Notes: generated from the sequence alone by a model not told the origin. Counted from the first letter of the stretch, positions 1 through 13,124 are shown. The stretch: DNA of 64,000 nt from Glaucostegus cemiculus (GCA_976551045.1 CDPCPM010000063.1:13206001-13270000); one strand, 5' to 3'. A program made the numbers and translations.

Positions 1-875
1 GAGTGGCAGAGATATAGTGGTAGGGGATTCCATGGTAAGGGGAATAGACAGGAGCTTCTGTGGCTGCAAACAGGACTCCCAGTTGGTGAGTTGCCTCCCA
101 GGTTCAAGTGTCAGAGATGTCTTGGAGCAGTTGCAGGGCCTTCTGGAAGGGGAGGGTGAACAGCCAGTTGTTGTGGTGCATGTAGGTACCAATGATATAG
201 GAAAAAAGTGGGATGAGTTGCTACAAGATGAATTTAGGGAGCTAGGGGATAGATTTAAAAAGTAGGACCTCAATAGTAATATTCTCAGGATTACTACCTG
301 TGCCATGTGAGTCAGAGTAGGAATAGCAGCATAGTTAGGATGAATATGTGGCTTGAGTAGTGGTGCAGGAGGGAGGGTTTTAGATTCCTGGGGCATTGGA
401 ACTGGTTCTGGGGGAGGTGGGACCAGTACAAACTGATAGTCTACACCTGGGTAGGACTGGGATCAATGTCCTAGGGGGATTGTTTGCTAGTGCTGTTGGG
501 GGGGGGGAGTTTAAACTAATATGGCAGGGGGATGGGAATCCATGCAGAAAGACAAAGGGAAGCAAAAATTAGAAAAGAGAAAAGTAAGAGTGGAGTTCAG
601 AAAAATTAAATGCAAAGGACACAAAGGTTACTAGATCCTAAAAGGCCTATGAGTATAAGGGCACTTTATCTGAATGCCCGTAGTATTTGAAACCAGGTCA
701 GTTAACTTGTGGCACAAATCTGTAAAAAGGGGTATGATTTAGTGGCCATTACAGAAACATTGTTGCAGGGTGGAGATGAGTGGGAATTAAATATCCAAGG
801 GTATCAGGTAATATGGAAGGTGGGGTAATTCTCTTAATTAAGAATGAGATTAGGACGATGGAGAGATTCAAACTT
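1..875 (+). mobile_element. CR1-clade LINE fragment: ORF1 SGNH-esterase region plus start of the ORF2 AP-endonuclease (decayed)
   Basis: ORF 17..265 reads VGDSMVRGID...CLPGSSVRDV...VVVHVGTNDI, the esterase motifs of CR1 ORF1. From ~665 it reads YLNARSI..., then GYDLVAITETLLQGGDEWELNIQGY (endonuclease N-terminus), with stops. Confidence 0.85.
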
Positions 876-1082
876 TCTTTGATTTGGGCAGTAAAGATGT
901 AATTGAATTTCTGACAGTGAAAGACTTTAGGATATTGGGTCAACTGTCCCTGAGAAATGGTGGCAATTTCATGCAAAATAGTTGGTGATTCTCAAGTTCA
1001 AAAAAAACCTGAACACCCATGCACAGTTACAGGAAGGCAGTAGTCCCCAAACTCCTGAGATGTGTGACGGCAATATCTTAAC

Positions 1083-1330
1083 TCAGAATCAGAATATTAT
1101 CACTGACATATGACATGAAACTTTTGTGGCAGCAGTACAGTGCAAAGAAATCTAAAATTACAAAAATAAATATGCAAAAAAAAGAATGAGGTAGTGTTCA
1201 TGGGTCATTCAGAAATCTGATGGCAGAAGGGAAGAAGCTGTTCTTGAGTCTTTAGGCTCCTGCACCACCCCTGTGATGATAGTAATAAGAAGACAGCATG
1301 TCCTGAATGATGAGGGTCCTTAATGATGAT
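1083..1330 (-). mobile_element. Rex1/Babar LINE 3' end fragment
   Basis: It starts with a cagaatcagaat-type tail. The body (gaagaagctgttcttgag...ggctcctgcaccac...cagcatgtcctgaatgatgagggtccttaatgatg) is the antisense of the Rex1 3' region seen at ~55740-55850. Confidence 0.6.
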
Positions 1331-2145
1331 CTGACAATTGTTTAAATTGCTCATGTAAAATTAAAACACTTAAAATCAATACCTTGAAAATTTAAATCTT
1401 TTTCAATGGTATATCTTTAACATTTTGTTTCTGAATGACAGGCATTTATCAAAACATGGCATTTTCACAATACACTTAGCCTGGGGTGTGCCTTGGCTAA
1501 TTATGAACACTGAGTATATAAAAAGAATCTCTGCCCTTGTAATCACCACAAGATGTCCTCTATTAGAAATGCATTGTGCTGTGCTGGTCCTCTTTGACCA
1601 GACTGGTGTCACTTTTGTTCAGGAAGGTGCTGCATGGAGCTCCACTGAAGTTAACATGAAATGGTTGAGTGAGTGGCAGGTGCCATGCTGGACCATTGAT
1701 TTTTGTGGTCAATGCCATGGACCAACAGAACATAAAATACAGTGGTGTAACCACACACACACACAACAGAACAGAATAACAACACCCATCACTAAATAAA
1801 AGTAACAGACTATGTTAACATTGACCACAAAATTCAAGTTCTGTAAAATGAATTGTATCACTTTTGTACTAACTCCTCAACACCTACCAAAGTTCAGGAG
1901 TCCATTTCACTAACAAAGACATACAGGTTTTTAAAGTTCTCAATATTGAAATTTTATGGACAAATGTTCTAAGCAATTTTTGTGTTCTGACTTCTCTGGT
2001 ATCTAGTTACATAATGACCTGGGGTGGGCGAATTTTATAGACCACAGAAGTCTCACTTCTAATTTTGGCAATAAACCTGTTTATTTGCCAAAGTTAAGTG
2101 GCTTTCGGAAATGAAGGTTGGATAGTAACACTGCCATACTTATCG

Positions 2146-3020
2146 ACAATAGACGATAGGAGCAGAAGTAGACCATTCGGCCCTTCGAGTCTGCTCCGCC
2201 ATTTTGAGATCCTCCAGGAGCGGTGTCACCAGGGCCCTGTACAAATGCAAAAGAATCTCTTTGCTCTTGTGCTCAATTCCCCTCGTAATACAGGCCAACA
2301 TTCCATTAGCCTTCATCACCGCCTGCTGCACTTGCTCATTCACTTTCAGCGACTGATGAACAAGGACTCCTAGATCCCTTTGTACCTCCCCTTTACCTAA
2401 CTCCACACCGTTCAGATAATAATCCACCTTGCTGTTCCTGCTCCCAAAGTGGATAACCTCACACTTATCCACATTAAACTTCATCAGCCAAGTATCTGCC
2501 CACTCACCCAACCTACCCAAGTCACCTTGAATCCTCCTAACTTCCTCTACACACGTCACACTGCCACCCAACTTTGTATCATCAGCAAACTTGCTAATGT
2601 TATTCTCAATGCCTTCACCTAAATCATTAACATAGATCGTAAACAGCTGCGGTCCCAGCACTGAGCCCTGCGGCACCCCACTAGTCACGGCCTGCCATTC
2701 CGAGAAACATCCATTCACCCCTACCCTTTGTTTCCTATCTGCCAACCAGTTTTCTATCCAAGTTAATACCCTCCCCCCATTCCATGAGCCCTCATTTTAC
2801 CCACCAATCTCCTGTGCTGCACCTTATCAAATGCCTTCTGAAAGTCGCGGTACACAACATCCACTGAATCTCCCTCGTCTATTTTCCTGGTTACGTCCTC
2901 AAAAAAAAAAAAAAAACAAAAAACAAAAAACTCCAGTAGATTAGTCAAGCACTATTTGCCCATGTTGACTAAACCCAATCCTATCACTGCTATCCAAATA
3001 TGCTGCTATTTTATCCTTTA
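2146..3020 (-). mobile_element. CR1 LINE RT fragment with 3' tail, internally deleted
   Basis: The ORFs give DFQKAFDKVQH, SGVPQGSVLGPQLF and SKFADDTKLGG. The 3' tail acaatagacgataggagcagaagtagaccattcggccc is at the left end. Confidence 0.92.
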
Positions 3021-6000
3021 TAATATTCAATTTGTGTAAATGCATGCAAGTTTAAAAAAAAAGTGCTACACATGGTTAATTCACTCTCTGCATATCAAAA
3101 ATCCAGGGGGCTAAAGTTGTGCTCTTCAGCCAAATAACACTTGCAAAATTAACTACACATTTGAACCACAAATTGCCAAATACAGGATGAATTTAAATAA
3201 TTGTTGAACTTAAGACCAGATAAAAGGTTTTCTGAACTTTATTCATATAAAAAGCTAAATGCATATTCCAACATAAAATGAATTCTTACATCTTTAAGTG
3301 GTGTTTGACAGCAAACTTGCAACATTAACTCTTCTAAGAAAAATTGAATTAGGTTACTTATCAGCATTCTATGAACAAACTTGGTGTGAAAAACCAGAAT
3401 TTAACAGGACAAGCCACCCGGCAATAGGCGAAATGTTATTCTAAATTAAATGGATGGCTGTCTGTTTCCAGAACCACCAGCAGTTAAACAGTCTTACTGT
3501 AAACAGTCTTACTCCATTCTAAATTAATATTCAATTGCTCAAGTATGTAATGGACAGTGGCAACTGCAGCCTTTTGAGTTTAATGTAATTCACAGGCTTC
3601 CCACATTGCAGCAAGAATGCAAGTTAAGTATCTTTACCAGTGAGAATAGAATGAAAGCTATGAACAGATCAATTTGTTGAAAGTGCTTGAATGGGGATTA
3701 TAGAAGCATGATTGTCAACCAATTTTTGGTCTTTATCCAGTATTCATACAACCATTTGGGAAATATGAAAAAATGGATTGAACAAGTGGTACTGAAACCT
3801 AATCCAGAGGCATATTAAATTTAAAGGGTAACTTTCTCTTTTGAATATTTAATGGCATTTTGTTGACTGAGTCCTAACAAATTTACATAATTTGTAAACT
3901 AAAACTGGGTTTTATACTCCAACACTTGGTGTGACAATGAAACAGAAGGAAGGTTTCACACAATTGACCAGGAACATGCATGTACAAATAAGTCACATTG
4001 CACCTTCAGTTCCTCATAAGCAATCCTTTTTTTTTTTTTTGAAGACTGCAATCTCTATATATTTGAGTGCAGTTAGCAAATTGATGTTAGCTCTGCATTA
4101 CAGGGTTGTTGAAAAAGGTACAATTTATCCTCAAGGTGCTCTTTCTTGCCCACTTCCTAATGTTTCTTCTCTGATTTGATCTGTCAAAGATGCTGACTGT
4201 TTCTAACCTGTTTCACCATCACAAGAAACACCCTGCTGTCTCACCCAAGGCCATGAGTGGCAGCTAACTATCGGATAAAGAGAGAATCCCACACCAACCT
4301 GATCCTGGTTTTACTCCACATTTATATGCATTGCTGGGTCACTAGTTACCAAATTGGATCAAGAATCCTGGTCAGTTCTCCCTCTTAGTTTAAGAACTAA
4401 AAGCAGCTGCAGTATTTCTACTGTGGATAGCAGTATGAGGTGGCTAACTTGGGGGAGGGAATGAAGGCTGCCTTTTTTTTCTGGTCCCCATATCAATAAA
4501 CTAAAGCTGTTGAAAACCAATATATTAGTGGCTTCACACTAAGTTTGGGATATAGCACGATTAACCATTGCATACAGATAAAAATCAAGTTTTGCATTAA
4601 GCTGGAGATGTTATTGCAGAATTTAGTAGCTTGTGGTTTATTTGAACTGTTGCAAATTTAAAAAAAACTAGATGTTGAGTGTAAATTAGATTGGAGGTTT
4701 TTTTTAAATGAGAAATATGTTCTAACATCTTTTGAAGGAAGTGCTTTTTATTAATAGCTGCTAACTGGTACAGCTGGTTCTATCTCCACCATACAGATGC
4801 AGTTTACAGCCCTGCAGATAACTAATTTTGTCTGGACTGCAATACTTGGTACAGAGGCTTCTTATAAAAAATGTACTGCACTGACTTTGGGTTCTTCTCT
4901 TGCAAGGCACAGTTTGGACTGCAAATAATGCTGCACCTTAGACATCTGACTTAAGGAGGATGTGTTGATGCTTCTGCAGAAATAAGGTAGGTACTTGGGT
5001 TTGGTTTTGAGGATCCTGTTGGTTTCCTACAGTAACTTTATACCTTAATTGCCCATATGAAGAGGCAACAAAGCCCAGGGAATCAACGTGGCTGGATTTT
5101 AAAAGTGTTCTTAATCCAGTTTTTGTTTGAAAAGAATGGTTGAAGATCCATCTTGATGTGAATCTTAAATATCAACAACTTACCCAGGTCTACTCCTAGC
5201 TACTGCAACATTAACAGTGCAATTCCTATTATAGCTATCACAGAGACACCAAATATCTGGTGCTGCAGCAATAGATTGTTATATCTGAGCTGCTCATTTG
5301 TAGATATCACACATCTATAATAGTATAATGAGATTTTAGGTATGTAATTATCAAACATGAAACTACAAAATAATCAGTTTACTTTTCATTTTGTTCACAT
5401 TGTTCCTATGACATTACAGCTACTGCAGCAGTGCTGCTGGTAGTAAAATGAATAACCTGAAGATGGCCACTTGAGGGGACTTGATTTTGTTTTAAACCAA
5501 AAAAATCAATATGCATATTTAAAAAAAAAGTGTCTTGGGTTCAGATGGTAAAGTGACAATACTTATAATTAAAAGGAACTCCAATGAGGTAAGGGTTGAT
5601 CTTGCCTTGCATAATAGTGACATCTGTGCAATTTTAAAACCAGTTATTTTCTAAATATAAAAAGTGCCCAACATGACAAGGTATAATATCCCTCATTAGA
5701 TGATCCAATTTTTAATTGGGGAAGTGAAACAGGAAGATTGATATAACCATGTACAATGAAAATCTACTCATAATGTGAACTTTTACATGTGAGACAATTT
5801 CAGGGTGTATTTAAAACTACTGTGGAAATTCTTATCCATCTAATTATCTTGTGGGACAAAGCCCTCATCTAAATCATTATACCATAGAGCCCTGCTAATG
5901 TTTTGTTGTTAACCACATGTGCCTTTGTACCTGAGCCTTGGATACTATGGTCAGAAGACCAAGCTATAGGGAATTCTTGATTATCTGCCAGTTTGCATTA

Positions 6001-6247
6001 CAACCAGGAGTCTTCCCATAATGGCAGATAACAGATTCCACTGAAACTATCTGCATCTAAAGAACAAAATGCAATTTACATGATCATTCAAAGTTCTTCT
6101 AGCCCAGATGGTCTCTGTAAAAGTACAGATCAATCTAGGAAGGCAAACACATCACTTGTGTTTTATTTCCAACATTTTTCACTGATGTTCAAATGTAACA
6201 TACACTTAATCATTTTGAAATCCTAAAGATAATTCATAAACTATACA

Positions 6248-6538
6248 TTAATCTGTTTTCTTTTCTACCATGCTTTTTTCTTCCAGTTCTTCATCTTTGA
6301 GCTCTTCTGAATTTTCTTTCGCTCCATCGTCCTTTTGATTTTCTTTGCCATTTTCCTCCTTTTCTCCATCACTGGCTTCTGCATCTCCCTGCTCAATGGC
6401 TTCATTCTGAAGTAGTTCTCCTTCTTCAGGTTCATATTCCCCATCTGCTGTCCAGATTCCATAACACATGATGCTGATAACTCCCAGAGGGAGACCAAAG
6501 AGAAAGCAGCCCAGGAGAGGAGAGGCCTTAAAAACGGA
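6248..6538 (-). CDS. TMX3: TMX3 last coding exon (transmembrane helix, acidic tail, KKTD-stop)
   Basis: Acceptor ttattag|TCC. It translates SVFKASPLLGCFLFGLPLGVISIMCYGIWTAD...EKKTD*, matching recalled human TMX3 SIFKSSPLMGCFLFGLPLGVISIMCYGIYTAD...EKKKD. 291 nt, phase 0. Confidence 0.96.
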   Translation of the reverse strand, partial: SVFKASPLLGCFLFGLPLGVISIMCYGIWTADGEYEPEEGELLQNEAIEQGDAEASDGEKEENGKENQKDDGAKENSEELKDEELEEKSMVEKKTD

Positions 6539-7131
6539 CTAATAAGCATGAAAGGACACAGTCAGTTTTTTATTTTTCCATGTGAAAAGATAGAAGAACA
6601 TGGCAAAGAATGCTGTTATCTAGCACATTTTCATAAAATTGTCAACTGGATGAGAGACCAACCAGTTTTATCATACCAAGACTGTCCTACCAAATTCAGT
6701 AATATTTGTCATGACAATGACTGAGGTCTGTTTATAATGTTCTGGGGGTCTCTCTGAATCTTAAGACTTCCATTTCAGGCTTCTCACTTTGGGGAAGTTA
6801 AATTTCAAATGCGTTTTGTCAGCAGCATTGATATCGGCAAGGTATTGTTAACATTTAGAATAACCAATAAAATCCAGTGCCTTGGTAAGCTCTCTTATTT
6901 AGAGAAACAACTGAAAAGATTTAAAATAATATAAGTAAACATTATATATAATTGCATAGGTAAAACATGCCCTATTTCTACAAAAATATTTGTAACAGCG
7001 AAATGCTGTTAGTGGTAGAGACAATGGGAGCAGAATGCAAGTATATAACCTTGCACTTGTATTATGTCTTTTTCTTGGGGGTGGGGTGGGAAAGTGGATC
7101 TGGTATTACCTGCCAAATAACACAACTTTTA

Positions 7132-8200
7132 TTATAATTGGAGTAATGTTGGGAGGTTGACAAAGAACTGGAAATGGTTGAGTCTGGAAACATCATCAAA
7201 GACACAGATGAAGGTTTCAGCAGCAGGTGGGCTGATGCAGGGGTAAAGCAGGTGACAGAGGTAGGCAGCCTGTGTGTTGTAGAATAACTTGGATTGGAAA
7301 CAATGTACTACATTAGGATTCCAAAGGTCAAAGATTCTGAATGGTCTGGTTAAAGCCCAAGGCTTGGGAAGAAGATAGAAAGATAGAATTAGGGCTGCGT
7401 GCGTGTGTGTGCGTGCGCCAGGGATAATATTTAACAGAACATTGGACAAGCAGTTTTACAGCACAGATGTAGTAGAAGGTTTGTGCAAGGTGGAGGAAAT
7501 GTAGATATGAGCGTCCTCGGGTTCTGTGTGGGAAAAGTAATTTAATGTTTGTGAATAATGAAGTCAAAGAGAAATTACTACATGTAGAAGTGGTGTGGGC
7601 TAGAAGAAATGGAAGGAGTGGGAAGTGAAGGCATTCCAGAAGGGTCTTAGACAAGTAAAAATCAAAGAAACAAGCAACCCCAAAGTGAAGCAAAGGAGAA
7701 CAGCCGTTGTACGTGGAGGAGGGGTAATTGACTGTTGCAGAGAGATTGAGGCAAGAAATTAAACTACTAAATTCATATTCATGATGGATGCATTTCATGG
7801 CTCTGGTTCAGCTGCTTATTGTTTCAGTTGGAAACTTTTATGGAATGACACAAACATGGAAGTGCAGAAAAGACGGACACTGATTTGCCAGACAACAACA
7901 TGAAGCAGATTGAGAGGAAAAGGAAGCTGAAGATGGGAGAGTAGTTTCCAAAATCCACAAGTTCAAATCTAGGCCTCCTTATTTTGATTTTGCATGGGAG
8001 GACAAGATTTAGATAGTGATAACTGGAGAGTCAGGAGTTTGTGGGAATAGGTTAAGGTGCAGGAAAGGCATTTATGGCCATGATAAACTGGAGAGGGATA
8101 AAAAATAAAACCATAGGAACCTGTTAAGAGCCAAAGCAAGGAATAAGTTGGAGGCAGTTTGGATGCTTGACAGGAGGAGAGCTCAAAATAGAAATTTCTC
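7132..8200 (-). mobile_element. Old L2-clade LINE RT fragment
   Basis: The plus strand is purine-rich. Minus-strand remnants resemble L2 RT motifs (CLNLSATVNY ~ LLDLSAAFDTVDH; PLLPFLL ~ GPLLF). Heavily decayed. Confidence 0.5.
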
Positions 8201-8381
8201 AAATGGTGACAAATCGTCTTTCCTGTTTTAGTAAATTGCATTGGCACCCAAATAATTACTTTGCAAGTTCTTAACCAAATGAGCAGTCAGTATATGTAAT
8301 GAGTCTTTCAGTTTTATTTCTAGCTAATAATAAAAATTCTAAATTTACAAATTGCAACTGAAACAATGTACAAGTACTTAC

Positions 8382-8450
8382 TAATATGGTGGATTTTCCA
8401 TCATATAGCAGTCTTCTAACACGATGATAGAAACTGTCTCCTCCCTGTGC
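8382..8450 (-). CDS. TMX3: TMX3 exon (penultimate)
   Basis: tttttcag|GCA...TTA|gtaagt. Reads AQGGDSFYHRVRRLLYDGKSTIL (human AQGGDSILQRLKRIVFDAKSTIV). 69 nt. Confidence 0.96.
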
Positions 8451-9081
8451 CTGAAAAATCAAATGAAGAAATAAATGGATTTACTGTTGAACAGGAAACA
8501 AAACTGCAAATATTGAAATTAAACAAAAAAACCAACACAAAACTGCACATAGGGGTGGAAAGCAATCAAGAATTTTAACAATGGATTTTCCAAATGTACT
8601 GGATAATCCAATCCACAGAAAGCAATGGCACTTAGTACCCTTCAAGAATCAAGTGAGAAATGTCTATCAGGGTAATTATACCATCCTTTTTTTCTCCAAG
8701 TGGCTAAATTCTCAAATGGGGAGCAATTCCTGTGCAACGCTCATTATTTAGCTAAACTACTACCATAAATTAGATTTACTTCTGAGATTGAAACAGTTTC
8801 CCCATTTCCTCTTCAAATAAAATGGCTACAATTCAAACTTTCACAAGGTAGTTTCTTTTTAAATCATGCCCAGGACCTTGGCTGCTCCTGTTAGAAGACT
8901 TGCACTTCTCTAACTGAACCAAATACTAATCTTATGCATGATCCATTCAATAATCTGCTGTGACTGCAATGGTTAATGAACCTGTGGCTGAGGGGAATGG
9001 GAAGATGGGCGAAGTCAAACTAACCATCAAAACAAAAAGAAAATCAGACATATTAAAACTGCTGACTATTGATAAACTTAC

Positions 9082-9211
9082 TTCTGCTGATCCTTCCATG
9101 ATCTTATTAATAAACTTAATCAAGTCCTCAATGCTCTCAATTGGTGTTTCTGGTAGAAAGTACTGTTGGTTTGAGGTGTTCAGAACAACAATGGAAGGAA
9201 CGATAACCTCA
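9082..9211 (-). CDS. TMX3: TMX3 exon
   Basis: ttctttcag|T GAG...GAA|gtaagt. Reads EVIVPSIVVLNTSNQQYFLPETPIESIEDLIKFINKIMEGSAE (human ELTVPTVVVLNTSNQQYFL...). 130 nt. Confidence 0.96.
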
Positions 9212-10868
9212 CTGAAAGAAAAATAAAGAAATTTCAAGCAAACAGTAATGATTAATACAAAGTAATGAACCCCAATGCTCTGCTTTGTATTTCTGTTCAG
9301 GGTATTCTCAAATGATGTTAAACTATCAGTAAACATATATAAATAGTGTATACAGAGTCCCACCTAGTGGTAATAATTGTAATTACAATTTAGTGATGAG
9401 AGACTAAATTGCATTCCACATTAAAATATAGACCAGCTCTTGCTAAAGCAGTACAAGTTTAAATGGGGCTATCATGAGCATGGGGAAGAGGATGCAAACA
9501 GGGGCATAGACTTTCCTAATAATCAGTGTGCATTAAGGACAAGTATATGGATGTGTACATATGTAATACACCATTCCAAAGTGGTCAAATATAGATTCCT
9601 GCACACACCACTGAGAGCAATCTTTGTAAAAAGTTTAAATAACAGTTGTGGAAATTGATGTTATTAACAAAACAAAGATAACTAAGCTAATTAAAAACAG
9701 TTCAGTAATGCAACACAATGTGATACCAAATCAGCTACGATAGGAAGGTCCAAATCTGCATGTGTTGAATATGATTATTCCAACCAGTATGAAAGTGAAC
9801 TTTCTACTCTTGATGCCAGAATTTTAGGGGCACAGTGGTGGACTTGGAAAGAAAATCTACTATTGCTGTTCCCTGATTATTGTCCAGTGATCCCACTACA
9901 AATGTATAGCATGTGAGGGTAAGACCCAGTTACACAATTGCAAAATAAACTCCTGACACTTAAATTCAATGTGATTTGGTTTATTGAGACATCAGAAGGC
10001 TGTAATAAGAAATTAAACATTTCAAGAGAGGAGTGGTAAAAAGTATTTAGTGCAAATCTGCAATATGAACTTAATATAGACTTTCAAGATTCAACAACAG
10101 CTCCTTAATCCCAAGGTCATCACAATCTATGTAGGACAGAAGCTCTTCCTCTTTATATTAGGCTTCTAAGATTTTCCACAGATGTAAAATCCTTCAAAAT
10201 ATTAATTGTTGGATACTCCACAAAGTACCTCATTCAAAAATGCATTACCAGCCCCTGCATGCAACACCCCCGACCCACCCCTATCAACATTGCTATGGTA
10301 TTTAAATTCACTGAATGAGAAACATTTGGTATCTTTATTCCTCTCTTGCTGTCACTCACTGTTCTCAAATCTCTACTTTAGCTTTTGCATTCTATTTTCC
10401 TCAGCCTCTGGTTTCTTGTACTATTTCTTCAATAATTTCTCATTCTGCATTTTGAATTATGTTCGAAGAGCCACTTTCTCTCTCTCTGCAAAAATCTTCC
10501 TTTCCTCCATATGTGGATTGAAAAAACAGTGGGCCCCAGCTGCAAACAAATTCAAGGATTGAAAGGTGAGTTAGTTGCAATTTTGTTCACACTAAACAAA
10601 ATTATAATTCCTTTTCTCCCTAAGACCTTGACAATAAAACTTGGAGATACATTACTCCATGTACTGATTATAATGTGTATTTTTTTTAAAAAAGTGACCC
10701 TCTTGGTTCACTCAAGTTACAATTCCAAAGTCTTAGATAACAATTCCAAATCCAGAAACTTCTGTTGAAAACACAAACAGAAATTTAAAATTATACAACA
10801 GTCATCGCATTTTAAAATATCACAAATATTACTTTGAGATGGTTAAAAAGAAAACAGAAAACACTTAC

Positions 10869-10925
10869 TCCATAATGACACTGTTGATATAATCAGCTCC
10901 ATCCACATGCCCAAACTGGAAATCC
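10869..10925 (-). CDS. TMX3: TMX3 exon
   Basis: aacag|G GAT...ATG GA|gtaagt. Reads DFQFGHVDGADYINSVIM(D) (human DFQFGHMDGNDYINTLLMD). 57 nt. Confidence 0.96.
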
Positions 10926-10999
10926 CTGTTGATGCATTTAAGTAATATGTTTAATGGAAATACATTTAAAGAAGCCTCATTATATTTGAAGAAATAGTT

Positions 11000-11370
11000 C
11001 TTAATTTTAGCATTGAGTGTTTTGTAGATGAGTTTTCTTCAATGCAAACAAACTGATGGGGAGCAGTATTTTCAGAGAATATAGTCTTCTAGGCAAGTTA
11101 ATTAAGGTCTTGCCTGCCCATGCACAATTCATTTCCCATGGCACTGTTCAGTGAGAAGTAGGAGTGTTCACACATTGTCCTGCCATAATTAATATACAAA
11201 ACAAACAGATTTCTTGATCACTAATCTCATTGCTATTTGTGGGATCTCGCCCACAGTTTGGAGCCCGAGTTTCCTTGCATTACAAGTGACTTAACAAAAG
11301 TTCTTCATTAGCTATGATGCGCCAATGGATGTTCTGAAGCCTCAAGTGTTTTATAAACAAGTCCTTTTGT
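11000..11370 (+). mobile_element. DeuSINE/SacSINE1-like ancient SINE
   Basis: Deu-domain-like core ctcattgctatttgtgggatctcg...tttccttgcattacaagtgacttaacaaaagttcttcattagct, followed by an L2-type tail. Confidence 0.6.
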
Positions 11371-11629
11371 GGCAGAATTATAGAATTTTACATTGGTTGG
11401 CTCATGCTATCTGCATCAGCTTTCTGTAAAAAAACAAAATGCATCTACTTAGTCCAAATTTTCTGCTCCAGTTTTTTCACTTGTAAATATTTAACCACTT
11501 TGCCACTGAAAACTGTTATGGATTCTACATCCATTGCCTTGCAAAATCACAATTAGCAAAAACAATGAGCAGATTCGGATGCTAAAAAGATGACTTGGCA
11601 TTATGCTGGGAAAACAACATACTTAAAGT

Positions 11630-11910
11630 GCTATCTTTTGTGAGATCCCAAAGTGTTTTTGAGCCAAGGAAGTACTTTGAAATGTTGCCACTGATCTAAT
11701 GTAGGAAAGCTAGCAGACAATTTGCAAGGTCCCACAAACACAATGTGACAATGAGCAGAAAATCTGCAGTTTCAAATTTAGAGCAATGTTGATAAGGGCT
11801 AAATATTAACTGGAACACAAAGGCAACTACTCTGTATCTCTTCATAATTAATTCCAAGGAATCTTTTGTATCCACCCAAGAGCTGGGTTTTAATACCTAC
11901 CCAAAAAATG
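11630..11910 (-). mobile_element. DeuSINE/SacSINE1-like ancient SINE (opposite orientation)
   Basis: atcccaaagtg...agccaaggaagtactttgaa...gtaggaaa...ttgcaaggtcccacaaac is the reverse complement of the same core. Confidence 0.6.
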
Positions 11911-12299
11911 TGAGTAGTAAAAGGGAAGGCAGGTAAGGAAGGCAGGAGTGTTTTCTAGTGCTTTAATATTTGCACCATATCATAACCTTATTGCACTTTT
12001 TCTAAGTAACCTACAGAGTAAAGCATTAAATGCACATTAAGATGCAAATACCATAACATGAGCCCACCTGGATCATTATCATCACTTCTGTTGCGCAATT
12101 TTTTTCAACCAGATTAAAAAGAGACTTCTGTTGCATGCCAGCACAACTGAAAATCTCTGTAGTGTGAGTGGAGGAATGTCAATTATATGTAATCTCCAGA
12201 GGAAATGGAGTTCAGAGTCAGAACTTTTAAATTGAAATAAATAATATATATGCTACTGCAATGAAATGGAATTAAGATTTCATTAGGTTTCTTTTGGAA

Positions 12300-13080
12300 A
12301 AAGTCTGTTTATAGAATCAGAATTATTCAATATATTCTTCCTTTCATGCCAATTCTTTGAAATTCACCCACTCCCATATTTTCTCCAAGATTCATTTGAC
12401 TTTCATTCCCTAAAATATACTGTTCTCTTTTGAAAGTCAGTAATCTATCTTCCATCAGCCTTTCATGTCACTCACTCCAGAACATTCTGTCACTATATAA
12501 AATGCTCTGTTTATTTTTTCCTGTGCCACTTGCCTTAAACTTGTGTCCTCTGGTTACTGAGTAATTTGGCAGGGCAAACAATTTCTCATGAACTTGCATC
12601 AAAATTCTTTACAAATTTGAACTCTCCATTTAATATCCTGCATTCCAAAGAATAACCCCATCCTCTAAGCACATAACTGAAGTCATTCCAGTACGTCTTT
12701 TTGGCATTCCCTGCACCGTCTTCAAGGCTGTGCCATCCACCTTAAGAGGTGGTATGCAGAATTGGGCATGGTACTCAAGCCAGAGGCTAACCATGGTTTT
12801 ATAAAGGTCCAGTATAAATTTTTCTTGGTATTGTACTCAGGGGACACTTTATAAAGCCTAGTTGCTTTTTGTATCAAACACCTTCTCAACATATTCTGCC
12901 ACTTTCAAAGACACATGTCAGTGAAATGCAGGTCTTTGCTCCCGAGACCTCTTTCAAATTTCAAGGTTTTGCTTATGTCACCACTCATTCTTCTTCCCAA
13001 AATGCATGAGTTTATATTTGCTGTATTAAATTTCACCTGCCCTTTGACTCACTATTTCACACTTACGTTCTCAAGTCTGT
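12300..13080 (-). mobile_element. Old CR1 LINE 3' fragment
   Basis: Antisense CR1 landmarks are present but decayed: aaacttgtgtcctctgg, cagaattgggcatggtactcaagccagaggctaacc, tattaaatttcacctgcc. Confidence 0.6.
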
Positions 13081-13124
13081 CATCCTTTTCAGCTTCTACA
13101 TATGCAAAGTTTTTATCAACCAAC

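Noticed and set aside
6265-6549. Overlapping 94-aa ORF in an alternative frame of the last TMX3 exon
   Set aside because: It starts in the intron and is a by-product of purine-rich low-complexity codons.
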